55,467 nucleotides of DNA, taken from IMG/VR virus record IMGVR_UViG_3300033515_000006, positions 1-55,467 of that record; one strand, given 5' to 3'. A program made the position numbers and the translations under genes. Below are positions 1-10,825 of the stretch, piece after piece; positions within the stretch are counted from its first letter, which is position 1; each line of letters begins with the position of its first letter. This stretch comes from a virus. Lineage: Duplodnaviria; Caudoviricetes. The notes beneath the pieces were generated by a model. It saw only the letters and a list, made by a program, of their open reading frames with translations. It made no database searches and was not told the origin of the DNA.

Positions 1-2
1 AT

Positions 3-431
3 AACTTAAAATATTTATTACCTTTAGATTATAAAGGTGAAAGTTTTTATGGATTAGGTAAAAATATAGTAGAATCTAATTTGATTTCTTTAGGTAGTGT
101 TGATTCAAGACCTTATAAAGTTTATACAGCTTTATTAACTCAATTTGGTACTAATGCACCAACTGTCGATAATGTGTTTGAAAACACTATAGGTAATATT
201 ACTTTTTCTTATGATAATATTGGTAGTTATTTGGTAAATAGTTCTGGTTTATTTACACCAAATAAAACTGTAATAATATTTACTCCAGGAAGACCTTTAG
301 CAGGTGGTGTAGAATTAGGTTCTCAATATCAAAATAGCAATAATTTAATTTTATATTCTAGAAATAATACAGGTAATTCAACAAATAGTATAATTGCTTT
401 ATGTACATTAGAAATAAGAGTTTATGAATAA
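3..431 (+). CDS. 5'-truncated virion/tail fibre-associated protein (C-terminal part)
   Basis: Frame is open from base 3 to TAA at 431, so the TTG start at 81 is probably not the real start. Beta-rich tail ending LEIRVYE, in the fibre region. Confidence 0.5.
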   Translation, partial: NLKYLLPLDYKGESFYGLGKNIVESNLISLGSVDSRPYKVYTALLTQFGTNAPTVDNVFENTIGNITFSYDNIGSYLVNSSGLFTPNKTVIIFTPGRPLAGGVELGSQYQNSNNLILYSRNNTGNSTNSIIALCTLEIRVYE

Positions 432-1020
432 TTATAAAAAATTAATACAACCTATTGTTATTTTAATATTGTTAGTTATAATATTTTTACAAAGAAGTTG
501 TTATTCAGATAATATAAAATATAAAACTAAATTAGTTAAACAATTTGATACAATATATAAACCTGTACAATTACCTTCTAAAACAATAACAGAATATAAA
601 ACTAAAAAAGGTGATACTATTTATATACCAGGTAAAATAGATACTGTTGAAGTAAAAGTATTTGAAAATGCATTAGATACAATTAAAACAAAAATGTATA
701 TTGATGCAACTAAAATAAGACAATATAAGAACGATTTTAATGATAGTATAGCGGATGTATCAATTTTTACAGAAACTAAAGGAGAACTTCTTAAAATAGT
801 TCCTACTGTAACTATTAAAGCTAGACTACCTGAAAAGAAAACTATATTTGCATTATATACAGGTGGAGGATTATATTTAAATAATAATTTTGATTTAGGT
901 TATAAATTAGATGTTAAATTTCAAAATAAAAAAGGTGATTTATTTGGAGGTTCATATGATCCTATAAATAACGTTATTTTTATAGATTATAATATAAGAT
1001 TAATTAATATTAAAAAATAA
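424..1020 (+). CDS. Membrane-anchored protein, possible spanin-like lysis accessory
   Basis: N-terminal basic plus hydrophobic segment (IVILILLVIIFLQRSC) and amphipathic beta-strand C-terminus. Function inferred only. Confidence 0.35.
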   Translation: MNNYKKLIQPIVILILLVIIFLQRSCYSDNIKYKTKLVKQFDTIYKPVQLPSKTITEYKTKKGDTIYIPGKIDTVEVKVFENALDTIKTKMYIDATKIRQYKNDFNDSIADVSIFTETKGELLKIVPTVTIKARLPEKKTIFALYTGGGLYLNNNFDLGYKLDVKFQNKKGDLFGGSYDPINNVIFIDYNIRLINIKK

Positions 1021-1023
1021 AAA

Positions 1024-1935
1024 ATGGCATTTAAAATATACAAAAAAAATAATTATATAATTGTCGAAGATACTATATCTGGTAAACAATATCAAGGATT
1101 AGCTAAAAATGTATTTGTTTATAAAGATTTATCTTCTGAAACAAATTATGATTTTGAAGGATTAACATATAATGGTTTAAAAGGAATTTCACTATCGGAT
1201 ATTGTTGATGAAACAAACACACCGTTTGTAAATGAACAAGCTTTTATAGATTTTTATACAGAAAATACTGGAAATTTTAATACGGGTGGAGCGACACCCC
1301 AAGTAAATGACAAAGAAAATATAGTTAGTGGAGTTGTAGCAATTGGAACAGATACTTATACTGCAACTTATGTTCCAAGTATTACAGAGTATGAAGATGG
1401 CTTAAAAATTATAGTAAGATTTACAAATGCAAATACAGGTGCATCAACATTAAACATTAATAGTTTAGGTGCAAAGTTAATCGTAAAAGGTACTTCAACT
1501 GCTTTAGTTGGGGGCGATATTCCAACAGGTACAACATTACTACTAGCTTATGATGGAACAAACTTTGTAATAGTAGGAAGTCAATTAGTTAATCAGTTTT
1601 TTGATTGGTCACCTACTTATGGAGGTTTTTCTACACCTCCGAGTGGTGGAGTTAATAGATATTGTGTTCAAGATAAAATTTGTAATTTTTACGCAATGCC
1701 AACTGTTAATGGAACATCAAATTCAGCTACCTATACTATTACTTTGCCATTTGTTGCTAAAAATTTACAAGTAATACCTTTAAATTCTACTATTGATAAC
1801 GGAGCAACCGCAGTTGGAGGGCAATTAGTAACTACGGCAGGTTCAAATATTGCAACAATAAGTAAAGTAACAGGTGCTTGGGGTACAACTGGAGCAAAAA
1901 GAGCAGTAGTTCAAGGTTGGTATGAAATTCAATAA
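1024..1935 (+). CDS. Tail fibre/receptor-binding-type structural protein
   Basis: G/T/S-rich beta composition; FTNANTGASTLNINSLGAK motif typical of phage fibre domains; late-region position. Confidence 0.55.
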   Translation: MAFKIYKKNNYIIVEDTISGKQYQGLAKNVFVYKDLSSETNYDFEGLTYNGLKGISLSDIVDETNTPFVNEQAFIDFYTENTGNFNTGGATPQVNDKENIVSGVVAIGTDTYTATYVPSITEYEDGLKIIVRFTNANTGASTLNINSLGAKLIVKGTSTALVGGDIPTGTTLLLAYDGTNFVIVGSQLVNQFFDWSPTYGGFSTPPSGGVNRYCVQDKICNFYAMPTVNGTSNSATYTITLPFVAKNLQVIPLNSTIDNGATAVGGQLVTTAGSNIATISKVTGAWGTTGAKRAVVQGWYEIQ

Positions 1936-1937
1936 TT

Positions 1938-2522
1938 ATGGCACACTATAAACCAAATACAGACAAAAAAATAATATTTCACGGAAATAGTTTATTTAAT
2001 TATGCCAATAATAATTTACCTTATGGTTGGGCAGTTAGTAATTATGTGAGAGATAATTTAGTGAATAAAAAATCAATTTTTGATTATTCGCAGGGTGGTA
2101 AAACAACAACGCAAATAGTTAGCGAGTTCCCAACAAGAATTGCACCTTATTTTAAAGCAAATGATGTTTATATATTTTGGGATGGAATTAATGATTTAAA
2201 CACGGGTAAAACGGTTGCTCAAACATTAGCAAGTTCAAAAACATTAGCAACATTAGCAAAGGCACAAGGCTATAAAGTTTATACTTTGACTTGCACAAGT
2301 GTTAACAATGTAGTTGTAGAGCCTTTGAGAATACAATATAATACTCTATTATTATCAGATACTTCATTTTGGGATGGTGTAGTAGATTTAACAACAATAG
2401 GAGTTATAAGTGATTTAAACGCTTATACAAATACTACTTATTTTAATGCAGACGGAGTGCATTTTACTACTACCGGATATAATTTAATTGCACAAAAAAT
2501 AATCGATTCAATAACTTTTTAA
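1938..2522 (+). CDS. SGNH/GDSL-family esterase
   Basis: Blocks FHGNSL (Ser), SQGG (Gly), DGIND (Asn) and DGVH (Asp-x-x-His). Confidence 0.85.
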   Translation: MAHYKPNTDKKIIFHGNSLFNYANNNLPYGWAVSNYVRDNLVNKKSIFDYSQGGKTTTQIVSEFPTRIAPYFKANDVYIFWDGINDLNTGKTVAQTLASSKTLATLAKAQGYKVYTLTCTSVNNVVVEPLRIQYNTLLLSDTSFWDGVVDLTTIGVISDLNAYTNTTYFNADGVHFTTTGYNLIAQKIIDSITF

Positions 2523-2539
2523 AAATAAATACAATTTTA

Positions 2540-2571
2540 TTTGGAAATGTCAAATATTTTTTGTACCTTTG
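2540..2571 (+). promoter_or_regulatory. Bacteroidota primary-sigma promoter (-33/-7)
   Basis: TTTG (2540-2543), 20-nt spacer, TACCTTTG (2564-2571), upstream of ATG 2596. Confidence 0.8.
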
Positions 2572-2595
2572 TACAATAATTATAAAAATTAAAAT

Positions 2596-3528
2596 ATGAC
2601 ACTATTAGAAATTAAAGAATTCTTAAAACAAAAAGTGGGTTATCAAAAAGAAGGTGGTAAAAGATTAAGAGATCATTTACGTAATAAAGGTTTTGAAACT
2701 ACTATAAGAGATTGTAAAGAAGCTTTAAGACAATGTCGACAAGAAAATACACAAATTATAAATAAAGTTAAAACAAAAACAGCTAAAGTATTAATTTATG
2801 ATTTAGAAACATCACCTAATATAGGTTGGTTTTGGAGAGCTGGTTATAAACAAAATATTCAACCAAATCAAATTATAAAAGAAAGAGCGATTATTTGTGT
2901 GTCTTATAAATGGCAAGGTGAAGACGAAGTTTATAATTTAACTTGGGATAAAAATCAATGTGATAAATTTCTTATTGAACAATTTGTTGAAGTATTAAAT
3001 GAAGCAGATTTAATTGTAGCTCATAACGGTGACAATTTTGATATTAAATGGTTAAAAACTAGAGCGTTATATCATAGAATACCAATGCTACCTAATTATA
3101 AACAATTTGACACCTTAAAATTAGCTAAAGCTAAACTTTATTTAAATTCAAATAGATTAGATTATATATCTAAATTTTTAGGTTTTGAAGGTAAAATACA
3201 AACAACTCCTGATTTATGGAATAAAGTTGTAATGTTAAATGATAGAGCTGCGATGAAAGATATGTTAGATTATTGTGATGAAGATGTCAGACAACTTGAA
3301 AAAGTTTATAATGAATTACAGTATTTAGATAATCCTAAAGTTCATGTTGGTGTATTAAATGGAGAAGTTAAATATAGTTCACCAATTAGTGGTAATTACA
3401 ATTTAGAATTAGTTAAATCAGTAACTACTAATACAGGAACTATTAAAAGAATAATGAAAGATTTAGACAATAATAGAATATTTGAAATGTCTAATACAAA
3501 TTATTTAAAATATAAATTAAATAAATAA
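2596..3528 (+). CDS. DEDD 3'-5' exonuclease (RNase H-like fold)
   Basis: ExoI LIYDLETS, ExoII AHNGDNFD, ExoIII YCDEDV. Confidence 0.8.
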   Translation: MTLLEIKEFLKQKVGYQKEGGKRLRDHLRNKGFETTIRDCKEALRQCRQENTQIINKVKTKTAKVLIYDLETSPNIGWFWRAGYKQNIQPNQIIKERAIICVSYKWQGEDEVYNLTWDKNQCDKFLIEQFVEVLNEADLIVAHNGDNFDIKWLKTRALYHRIPMLPNYKQFDTLKLAKAKLYLNSNRLDYISKFLGFEGKIQTTPDLWNKVVMLNDRAAMKDMLDYCDEDVRQLEKVYNELQYLDNPKVHVGVLNGEVKYSSPISGNYNLELVKSVTTNTGTIKRIMKDLDNNRIFEMSNTNYLKYKLNK

Positions 3529-3536
3529 ACATAACG

Positions 3537-3572
3537 AAGGTACTTAACTCATAAAGTTGAGTACCTTTTTTT
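3537..3572 (+). terminator. Intrinsic terminator
   Basis: AAGGTACTTAACT/AGTTGAGTACCTT stem followed by a T-run. Confidence 0.85.
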
Positions 3573-3585
3573 ATACAATTAAAAT

Positions 3586-4278
3586 ATGATTTTAGAAAAT
3601 ATTATTTTTGATGTAAGAGAGTCTTTAAAACAATATACAGAAGATGGAGAAATTTCAAATGAATACATAATATATTTATATGGAATTAAAAGGTCAAAGT
3701 ATTTACGTCAAGAGCTCAATAACTATCAACGAACTACAGATATATCTGTAACACAAACTTTATGTTTAGGTTTAGAAAGAGTATCTGTAAATGAATGTGG
3801 TTTAGATTTAAGTTGTGAAACAATACTTAGAACTAAGAAACCAATACCTCAACCTTTAGAATTACATATTAAATCAGCAATAACATCTGTTAAACCAACA
3901 GAAAGAATATCTATTCCATTTAATTTTGTAACAAAACAAAAAGCTATTTATTCATCACATTCTCCTTTTAATAGAGCTATATTTGCTTTTTTAGACAATG
4001 ATAAATATATATATTTAATAAGTGAAGATGAAACATTAAATTTATTAGAATGTATTACTATTACAGGAGTATTTGAAGATCCTTTAGATTTAGTTAATTA
4101 TACTAATTGTTGTAATTGTACAACAAATTCAATACCTTGTTTTGATGAAATGACATCAAATTATCCATTACAACCACATTATGTTGATTTAATTAAAAAT
4201 GAAATTGTTAATGAGTTAATTCAAAAATTAAAAATACCTGAAGATACTTTAAATAATAGTGTAGATGATAAAGAATAA
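3586..4278 (+). CDS. Putative tail ring (tubular) protein
   Basis: Size and synteny (ring-IHF-ring-muzzle-cargo) typical of crAss-like phages. Confidence 0.55.
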   Translation: MILENIIFDVRESLKQYTEDGEISNEYIIYLYGIKRSKYLRQELNNYQRTTDISVTQTLCLGLERVSVNECGLDLSCETILRTKKPIPQPLELHIKSAITSVKPTERISIPFNFVTKQKAIYSSHSPFNRAIFAFLDNDKYIYLISEDETLNLLECITITGVFEDPLDLVNYTNCCNCTTNSIPCFDEMTSNYPLQPHYVDLIKNEIVNELIQKLKIPEDTLNNSVDDKE

Positions 4279-4783
4279 AAGAACAAGTGGTAAAATAAAA
4301 CGAGATTATGGAATGGCTGATTATTATAAATACTTTAAAAAACAATATCCTGAATTGAATATTACAAATAAAAAGTTTTATAATATTATAGCTGATTTTA
4401 ATAAAAAAATCACAGAATATGTAATAGAAGATAATTTAGATTATCAATTACCACATTTAGGAGCTTCTATTGCGGTTAAAAAAACAAAACAAATACCAAA
4501 AATAGTTGATGGTAAATTGGTCAATACTGCTCCAGTAGATTGGGTTACAACAAATACTTTATGGAAAGAAGATGAAGAAGCTAAAGAAAAAAAACTTTTA
4601 GTTAGATTTTCAAATTATCATACTTCTAAATATGTTTTTGGAATATATCTTAAAAAATATATTTATTCATTTAAAAACAAAAAATATTATAGATTTAAAG
4701 CAACTAGATCTTTTGCAAGATTATTAGGTAAACGAATAAAAGATGAAAACAAAGAGCGTTATGACGCATTTTTATTATATTAA
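4265..4783 (+). CDS. IHF/HU-like protein of the crAss-like tail module
   Basis: Basic protein with IIADFNKKI...LPHLGASI...YRFKATR HU/IHF-like pattern; conserved position. Confidence 0.6.
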   Translation: MIKNKRTSGKIKRDYGMADYYKYFKKQYPELNITNKKFYNIIADFNKKITEYVIEDNLDYQLPHLGASIAVKKTKQIPKIVDGKLVNTAPVDWVTTNTLWKEDEEAKEKKLLVRFSNYHTSKYVFGIYLKKYIYSFKNKKYYRFKATRSFARLLGKRIKDENKERYDAFLLY

Positions 4784-4785
4784 AT

Positions 4786-5529
4786 ATGACAAATTCACAA
4801 TATAAATCGTTAGGGTCAATCATTTGGTCTATTTTAAAAAACCCTTTAGCACAAGAATTAACTCAAGAAGAAGCAGCAGAATACGCGTTAGAAGCAATAA
4901 AATTACTTGGTGCACCTGTTATATATCTTAATAAATTAGAACGTCTTAATTTGACTTCTTATAAAGCTGAATTACCTTGTGACTTATTATATATAGAAGG
5001 TGTTGAATATTTTGATGGTAACACAAGTGATCCTATTGCAATGAGAGAATCTACAAATATTTATCATTTAGATCCTGAAGAATTTACAAATGAACAAAAT
5101 ACAGATTTTGATTTAAGAGGAAATCATCGTAGAAATGAGTTTACATATAAAATTCAAAACGGTATTATATTTACATCAATGAGTGATGGTTGCATACAAA
5201 TATCTTATAAAGGTATTGCTACAGATGAAGAAGGATATCCTTTAATACCTGATAATCAAAAAGTTCAATTAGCTTTAGAATATTATATATTAAGTAGATA
5301 TTTAGAACCATTATGGTTAATGGGTAAAATTACAGATAAAGCTTTTGAATATATACAACAAAAAAGATATTTTTATATTGCTTCTGCTCAAACAGGATTA
5401 ACAATGCCTGGATTAGATAAAATGGAATCTATGATGAACTCTTTAAACAGATTAATCATAAATACTACAGCTCATCAAAATAAATTTAAAAAGATGGGTG
5501 AAAAAGAACGCTTGAGATCTTACAGATGA
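4786..5529 (+). CDS. Tail tubular/ring protein (P22 gp4-like)
   Basis: LPCDL and ISYKGIATDEEGYPLIPD motifs; lies upstream of the muzzle gene. Confidence 0.65.
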   Translation: MTNSQYKSLGSIIWSILKNPLAQELTQEEAAEYALEAIKLLGAPVIYLNKLERLNLTSYKAELPCDLLYIEGVEYFDGNTSDPIAMRESTNIYHLDPEEFTNEQNTDFDLRGNHRRNEFTYKIQNGIIFTSMSDGCIQISYKGIATDEEGYPLIPDNQKVQLALEYYILSRYLEPLWLMGKITDKAFEYIQQKRYFYIASAQTGLTMPGLDKMESMMNSLNRLIINTTAHQNKFKKMGEKERLRSYR

Positions 5530-6215
5530 TAGGTATATATAAAATTACAAGTCCTAATAATAAAATTTATATCGGGCAATCTATAAATGTACCTCGAAGA
5601 TTTATTTCTTATAAAAACACAAATCAAAATATTTCACATATAAGATTAAAAAATTCATTTAACAAATATGGTGTTGAAAATCATATATTTGAAATAATTG
5701 AAATTTGTTTAATTGATAAACTAAATGAACGTGAAAGATACTGGCAAGATTATTATGATGTAATTGGTATTAAAGGATTAAATTGTAGATTAACAACTAC
5801 AACGGATAAGAGTGGTTATTTATCTAAAGAAGTAAAAGATAAAATATCTAAATCACATATAGGTAAAAAACTTAGTGAAGAAACTAAAAATAAAATTAGT
5901 AATTTTATGAAAACTAGACCTATTTCTGAATTTCAAAAACAAAGAAGTTCTGAATGTAATAAAAATAAAATTATTTCAAATGAACAAAAAAAATTACTTT
6001 CAAATTTACGCAAACAAGAATATTTAAATAATAAATTAAATATTGGTAAAAAAGGTAAAGCTTCACCATTTGCTAAAAAAGTAAAATGTTTGGTATCAAA
6101 TAAGGAATGGAATACTTTAACAGAATGTTGTTTAGAAAATAACTTATCTATAAAAAATATGTCTAGAAAATTAAATGGTACTAGAAAAAATAATACAAAC
6201 TATATTTATATATAA
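5526..6215 (+). mobile_element. Free-standing GIY-YIG homing endonuclease with NUMOD3-like repeats
   Basis: GIYKITSPNNKIYIGQS, LNERERYW, and repeats SKEVKDKISKSHIGKKLSEETKNKIS. Confidence 0.9.
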
Positions 6216-6236
6216 TAATTAAATCATTTTTGAAGA

Positions 6237-9200
6237 ATGAATAAAGCAATTACACATTCATACAATGGTATGATGCAGGATGTAACAAAATCAGAATTTA
6301 GTAATCAATTTTATTTTGATGCTAAAAATATACGTATTTTAGCTACAGACACCCAATCTTCTGGGTCAATTACAAATGAAAAAGGTAACTCTTTAATTTT
6401 AAGTGTTCCTACACCAATTATTAATTATACAAATAAAACTATATCTTATAATTCAGATGTTATAGTTTATAAAACTTCTGAAATTAATTATAATGCACAA
6501 AGTGGTACACAATTAATTATAGGACATTCTAATAGTAGAGATTATATTATATTATTTACAACAGATAATAATGGTTTTGATTGTATATGGAAAGTAAGAT
6601 ATTCTGATTATAATATTAGTTTATTGTATTTACGTAATTTAAATTTTTCAATTCAATATCCTATTCAAACAGTTAATAATTTTGAAAATAAAAATATAGA
6701 TAAAGTATATTGGGTTGATGGCAATAATCAAATGAGGTTTATTAATATTAATCATTCTATATCAAATGGTGATTTAGAAGAAATTATAGATATTCCTGAA
6801 AATGTAATAAATATGGTTGGTGAATTTAATTTATCACAACCAGTTATTACTAAAAAATTATCTGGTGGAAATCACACAGCAGGTATGATTCAATATGCTT
6901 ATAATTTATATAGATCTAATTCTTCTCAAACAAAATTAAGTTCATTAAGTGAATTAATTAGTTTAGATAAAGGTATAAGTTTAGGAGGTGGTGATGTTAA
7001 TGAAAAAGTAGGTACAATACCTGTTATTAAAATAGACAACATTGACAATTCTTACACAAATATAAAAGTTTATGCTATTAAATATACTTCTTTTAATGAA
7101 GTACCTTCAATATCTTTAATTGAAGATAGAGAAATACCTTCTAATTATATTATTGAAGTATTCGATGATGGTTCAATAATAGAAAGTTTATCTTTAGAAG
7201 AATTTTTATTTTTAGGTTCAGACATAATGATACCTAAACATATTAATAGTAAAGATAATAGATTATTTTTTGCAAATTATAAAGAATTTAATTATGAATT
7301 AAAATTAGATTGTCGAGCTTATAGTTTTAAGTCTGATAGAACGTCTATTGTTTATGATAATGTAAGAATATTTCAAAGTGGTGATACTACTCCTAACATA
7401 AATGGTTTAACAGGTGATGAAAGAGTTATTACAAATATATTTACAGATGATTATGAAGATAAATTTGATTCTATCAATTTAGATTATGATTTATATAAAT
7501 TTCAAGAAAATGGTAATATATATGGAGGTGAAGGTAAATATTTAAAATATGAATTAACTCAATCTACTATTTACAATAGTAATAATAAATATTTTAAAGA
7601 TGAAGAACTTTACAGAGTAGCTATTCAATTTTATAATTCTTATGGTCAAGTAAGTTTACCTAATTGGATTGCTGATTTTAAAGCTAGGGAAGGTAATTTA
7701 ATAAATAATTATAATACTTTTAAAGTTGAATTAAAACCTGAATTTTATGTATGGTTAAATACATCTTCTAATTTTACAGATCCTTATACCAAACCTATAG
7801 GTTATAAAATATTAATAGCAGAAAGAAGTATTAATGATAAAACAATTGTTGCTAATGGTATATTAGGTACAATGATGATTAATAATAAATCTACTCTTGA
7901 AGTTCATAATTTACCATACAGACAAAACAAAAGTACAGAAATACCTAAAATACCTAATATTTTATTAAGAAATTGTAATAAAACATCTCAATATGGTGAT
8001 ACTAAGCCTTTAAAACGTTGTGCTCATTTAGATGATTTAGCTGGAACTTTTGGAGCAAATACTGAAGTACAAGTTCCTTATTATGGAGATAAAGATGCTT
8101 CTGGTAAATTTTTTCAATTTAATAATATGTTACAATTATACTCACCTGAAATATTGTTTAATAATACAATCCAATTAAATCCAGGTTTATTATTAAAAAT
8201 AAAAGGAGCTTTAAAAAATAATTACAATGCTTCTTGGAGTAAAGAAGAACATATTAATGGAAATGATGTTATAGAATCAAAAGCTTATTATGGAATATCT
8301 CCTCATTTTGCAGGAACCGTTTCAGGTATTATTGGTAATGCTTATAGTAATATGGATAATGGTATTATTGCGCATCCTGGCGGCAATGATCCAAACAGAA
8401 TTGAAACTAATTTATTTTATAGAGGTTATGGTAATGTAAAAATTACAGATAATGTAACTTTAAATAATATTGTACAAATAAATAATTCTTTTGTTACAAC
8501 ATCAGGTTCAGATCCTTTAGATGTCAACGTTGGTTTTTCATATGGTAATAGAGCTGTAAGAATAAAATTAGATGATGATTTTAATCAAACAAATATTGAA
8601 TATATTTTTACACCTTCAGTAGGTTATACAACTATACCATATACAATTAAAATATGTTCCGATAATCAAGGTAATAATGTATTAACACAATTAACATCAG
8701 TTATTGGAACTCAAACTATTAATTTTTCACAAACATTTATAACTAATCCTCCTTTCAATTTAACTAGAGTATTTGATTATTTTTTAGTAATTGAACCAAC
8801 AGCTTTAATTTTAGGTAATTTGGATGTTGAAGCTAAAGCATTATCATCTACTATTACAGATATAATTAAAGAAAGTAATACTAATACTATTAGTATAAAT
8901 ATTTTAAATTCTATACCTGCAGGTGGTTTTATCAGTTCTCCTAATAAAATATATAATTCTATATATGGAACACCTGAAATTACAGAAAAAGGTCAAGATT
9001 TCACTACATATAACAATGATACTAAATATAGATATACTAATTCATTACAATCTTGTTTAACAGATGGTAATAGTGATTGGGATGATAAAGGTACATATGG
9101 TAGAAGAATTGTTGCAATTAATAGTGATAACAATAAATGTTTAACTTTAGTTACAGGTCCAAATACAAATACTGTAGATAATTGGAATAGAAAACAACTT

Positions 9201-10733
9201 GAAAACTTATTTAGTGATGCTGGCTTAACTGGTGAAAACAATGCTTTAATTGGTGAATTATTTAAATCAAGAGAAGAAATATATATAGGTGGTATATATG
9301 GAGGTAATTCTTGGGAAGATAAAAAACGTACAAATTATATTGAAATAGGTAACTATTCTTTAATTATAAATAACGTTATAAATATTGAATCACCTGGTGA
9401 CACGTTTGTAAATTATTTTAGATTTTTAAGGATTGTTAAAAAAGATACTGAAATAAGAGAACAAGGTACTAAACAATATGAAGAAATTGTAGAATTTTTA
9501 ACTGAAACAACGGTTGATGTTAAAAATAGAAGTGATTTAAGTTTAAATGATTGGGATAATAGATTTCAATATAAAGATGAAGATTATCATAAATACAATA
9601 AAGTTTATTCACAACAACCTGATTTAATTAAAAGAAGAAATTTAAATTATAATTTTAAAAAAGTTAATAGTTTTGATACAAATATAATATCTTCTAAATT
9701 AAAATCTGCTGGAGAATTAATTGATAGTTGGTCAGATGTATTAATAAACGATGTAATAACGTTAGATGGTAAATTTGGAGCAATTAATTCATTAACTATG
9801 TTAAATGATGAATTATATTCAATACAAGATCGTGCATTTGCTTTTCTATCTATCAACCCTAGAATTCAAATTCAAGGTTCAGATGGATTAGCTGTTGAAT
9901 TAGGTACAGGTGGTGTATTACAGGATTATAAATATATAACTACTGACACAGGTACAATTAATAAATGGTCTGTTGTAAATTCACCACAAGGTATTTATTT
10001 TTATGATGCTTTAAATAAATCATTTAATACATTTAGAGGTAATATTAAAGGTATTTCTGATGAAAAAGGACTACATACTTACTTTTTTAATAATAATGTC
10101 TTAAATCAGCTTAAAATAGATAACCCTTTAATTAAACAAGGTATATCTTCAGGTTATGATTTTATTAATAATGATGTATTTATGACTTTTCATCAAGGTG
10201 ACAAATCATTTACTATTGGTTTTAATGAAGTTAAAGATAATTTTATATCTTTTTATGATTATATTCCAAGCATATATATAAGTAGAGGTGATCATTTTAT
10301 AACAACACATCCAGATATTAATAAAATATATAGACAATATTCAGGTAATTATAATGAATATTATGGAATTAAATATCCTTCATATGTTACTTTAAATGTT
10401 AATCCTGAATCAACAAAAGATTGTGTGTTTGATAATATTAATTTTAAATCTGATGTTACATTAAATAATATAGATCAAGTTGATAAGACTTTAACAGGTA
10501 TTAGAGCATATAATGACTATCAAGATAGTAATACACCTTTAACTGTAACTCCTTTAATTTCTGGAAGAAACAATAATCTTAGACGTAAATTTAGAGATTG
10601 GAACGCATTAATTCCTCGTCAAAATAGAAATAGAATACGAGCACCTTATATTAAACTTAAATTACAATTTGATAATCAATCTAATTATAAGATGATTTTA
10701 CATAACGTATCTGTATTTTATACAACGTCTTAA
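6237..10733 (+). CDS. Tail stabilization/muzzle protein
   Basis: 1498-aa beta-rich protein with N-terminal GMMQD...DAKNIRI and C-terminal RRKFRDW...RIRAPYIKLKL; crAss-like synteny. Confidence 0.75.
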   Translation: MNKAITHSYNGMMQDVTKSEFSNQFYFDAKNIRILATDTQSSGSITNEKGNSLILSVPTPIINYTNKTISYNSDVIVYKTSEINYNAQSGTQLIIGHSNSRDYIILFTTDNNGFDCIWKVRYSDYNISLLYLRNLNFSIQYPIQTVNNFENKNIDKVYWVDGNNQMRFININHSISNGDLEEIIDIPENVINMVGEFNLSQPVITKKLSGGNHTAGMIQYAYNLYRSNSSQTKLSSLSELISLDKGISLGGGDVNEKVGTIPVIKIDNIDNSYTNIKVYAIKYTSFNEVPSISLIEDREIPSNYIIEVFDDGSIIESLSLEEFLFLGSDIMIPKHINSKDNRLFFANYKEFNYELKLDCRAYSFKSDRTSIVYDNVRIFQSGDTTPNINGLTGDERVITNIFTDDYEDKFDSINLDYDLYKFQENGNIYGGEGKYLKYELTQSTIYNSNNKYFKDEELYRVAIQFYNSYGQVSLPNWIADFKAREGNLINNYNTFKVELKPEFYVWLNTSSNFTDPYTKPIGYKILIAERSINDKTIVANGILGTMMINNKSTLEVHNLPYRQNKSTEIPKIPNILLRNCNKTSQYGDTKPLKRCAHLDDLAGTFGANTEVQVPYYGDKDASGKFFQFNNMLQLYSPEILFNNTIQLNPGLLLKIKGALKNNYNASWSKEEHINGNDVIESKAYYGISPHFAGTVSGIIGNAYSNMDNGIIAHPGGNDPNRIETNLFYRGYGNVKITDNVTLNNIVQINNSFVTTSGSDPLDVNVGFSYGNRAVRIKLDDDFNQTNIEYIFTPSVGYTTIPYTIKICSDNQGNNVLTQLTSVIGTQTINFSQTFITNPPFNLTRVFDYFLVIEPTALILGNLDVEAKALSSTITDIIKESNTNTISINILNSIPAGGFISSPNKIYNSIYGTPEITEKGQDFTTYNNDTKYRYTNSLQSCLTDGNSDWDDKGTYGRRIVAINSDNNKCLTLVTGPNTNTVDNWNRKQLENLFSDAGLTGENNALIGELFKSREEIYIGGIYGGNSWEDKKRTNYIEIGNYSLIINNVINIESPGDTFVNYFRFLRIVKKDTEIREQGTKQYEEIVEFLTETTVDVKNRSDLSLNDWDNRFQYKDEDYHKYNKVYSQQPDLIKRRNLNYNFKKVNSFDTNIISSKLKSAGELIDSWSDVLINDVITLDGKFGAINSLTMLNDELYSIQDRAFAFLSINPRIQIQGSDGLAVELGTGGVLQDYKYITTDTGTINKWSVVNSPQGIYFYDALNKSFNTFRGNIKGISDEKGLHTYFFNNNVLNQLKIDNPLIKQGISSGYDFINNDVFMTFHQGDKSFTIGFNEVKDNFISFYDYIPSIYISRGDHFITTHPDINKIYRQYSGNYNEYYGIKYPSYVTLNVNPESTKDCVFDNINFKSDVTLNNIDQVDKTLTGIRAYNDYQDSNTPLTVTPLISGRNNNLRRKFRDWNALIPRQNRNRIRAPYIKLKLQFDNQSNYKMILHNVSVFYTTS

Positions 10734-10764
10734 AAATATTTAAATAAAATAATTAATAAAAAGT

Positions 10765-10795
10765 TTTGATAATAATAAAATATTTTGTATATTTG
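10765..10795 (+). promoter_or_regulatory. Bacteroidota -33/-7 promoter upstream of the cargo genes
   Basis: TTTG (10765-10768), 19-nt spacer, TATATTTG (10788-10795). Confidence 0.7.
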
Positions 10796-10825
10796 TATAT
10801 CTAAACTTATAACACAATAAACTTT

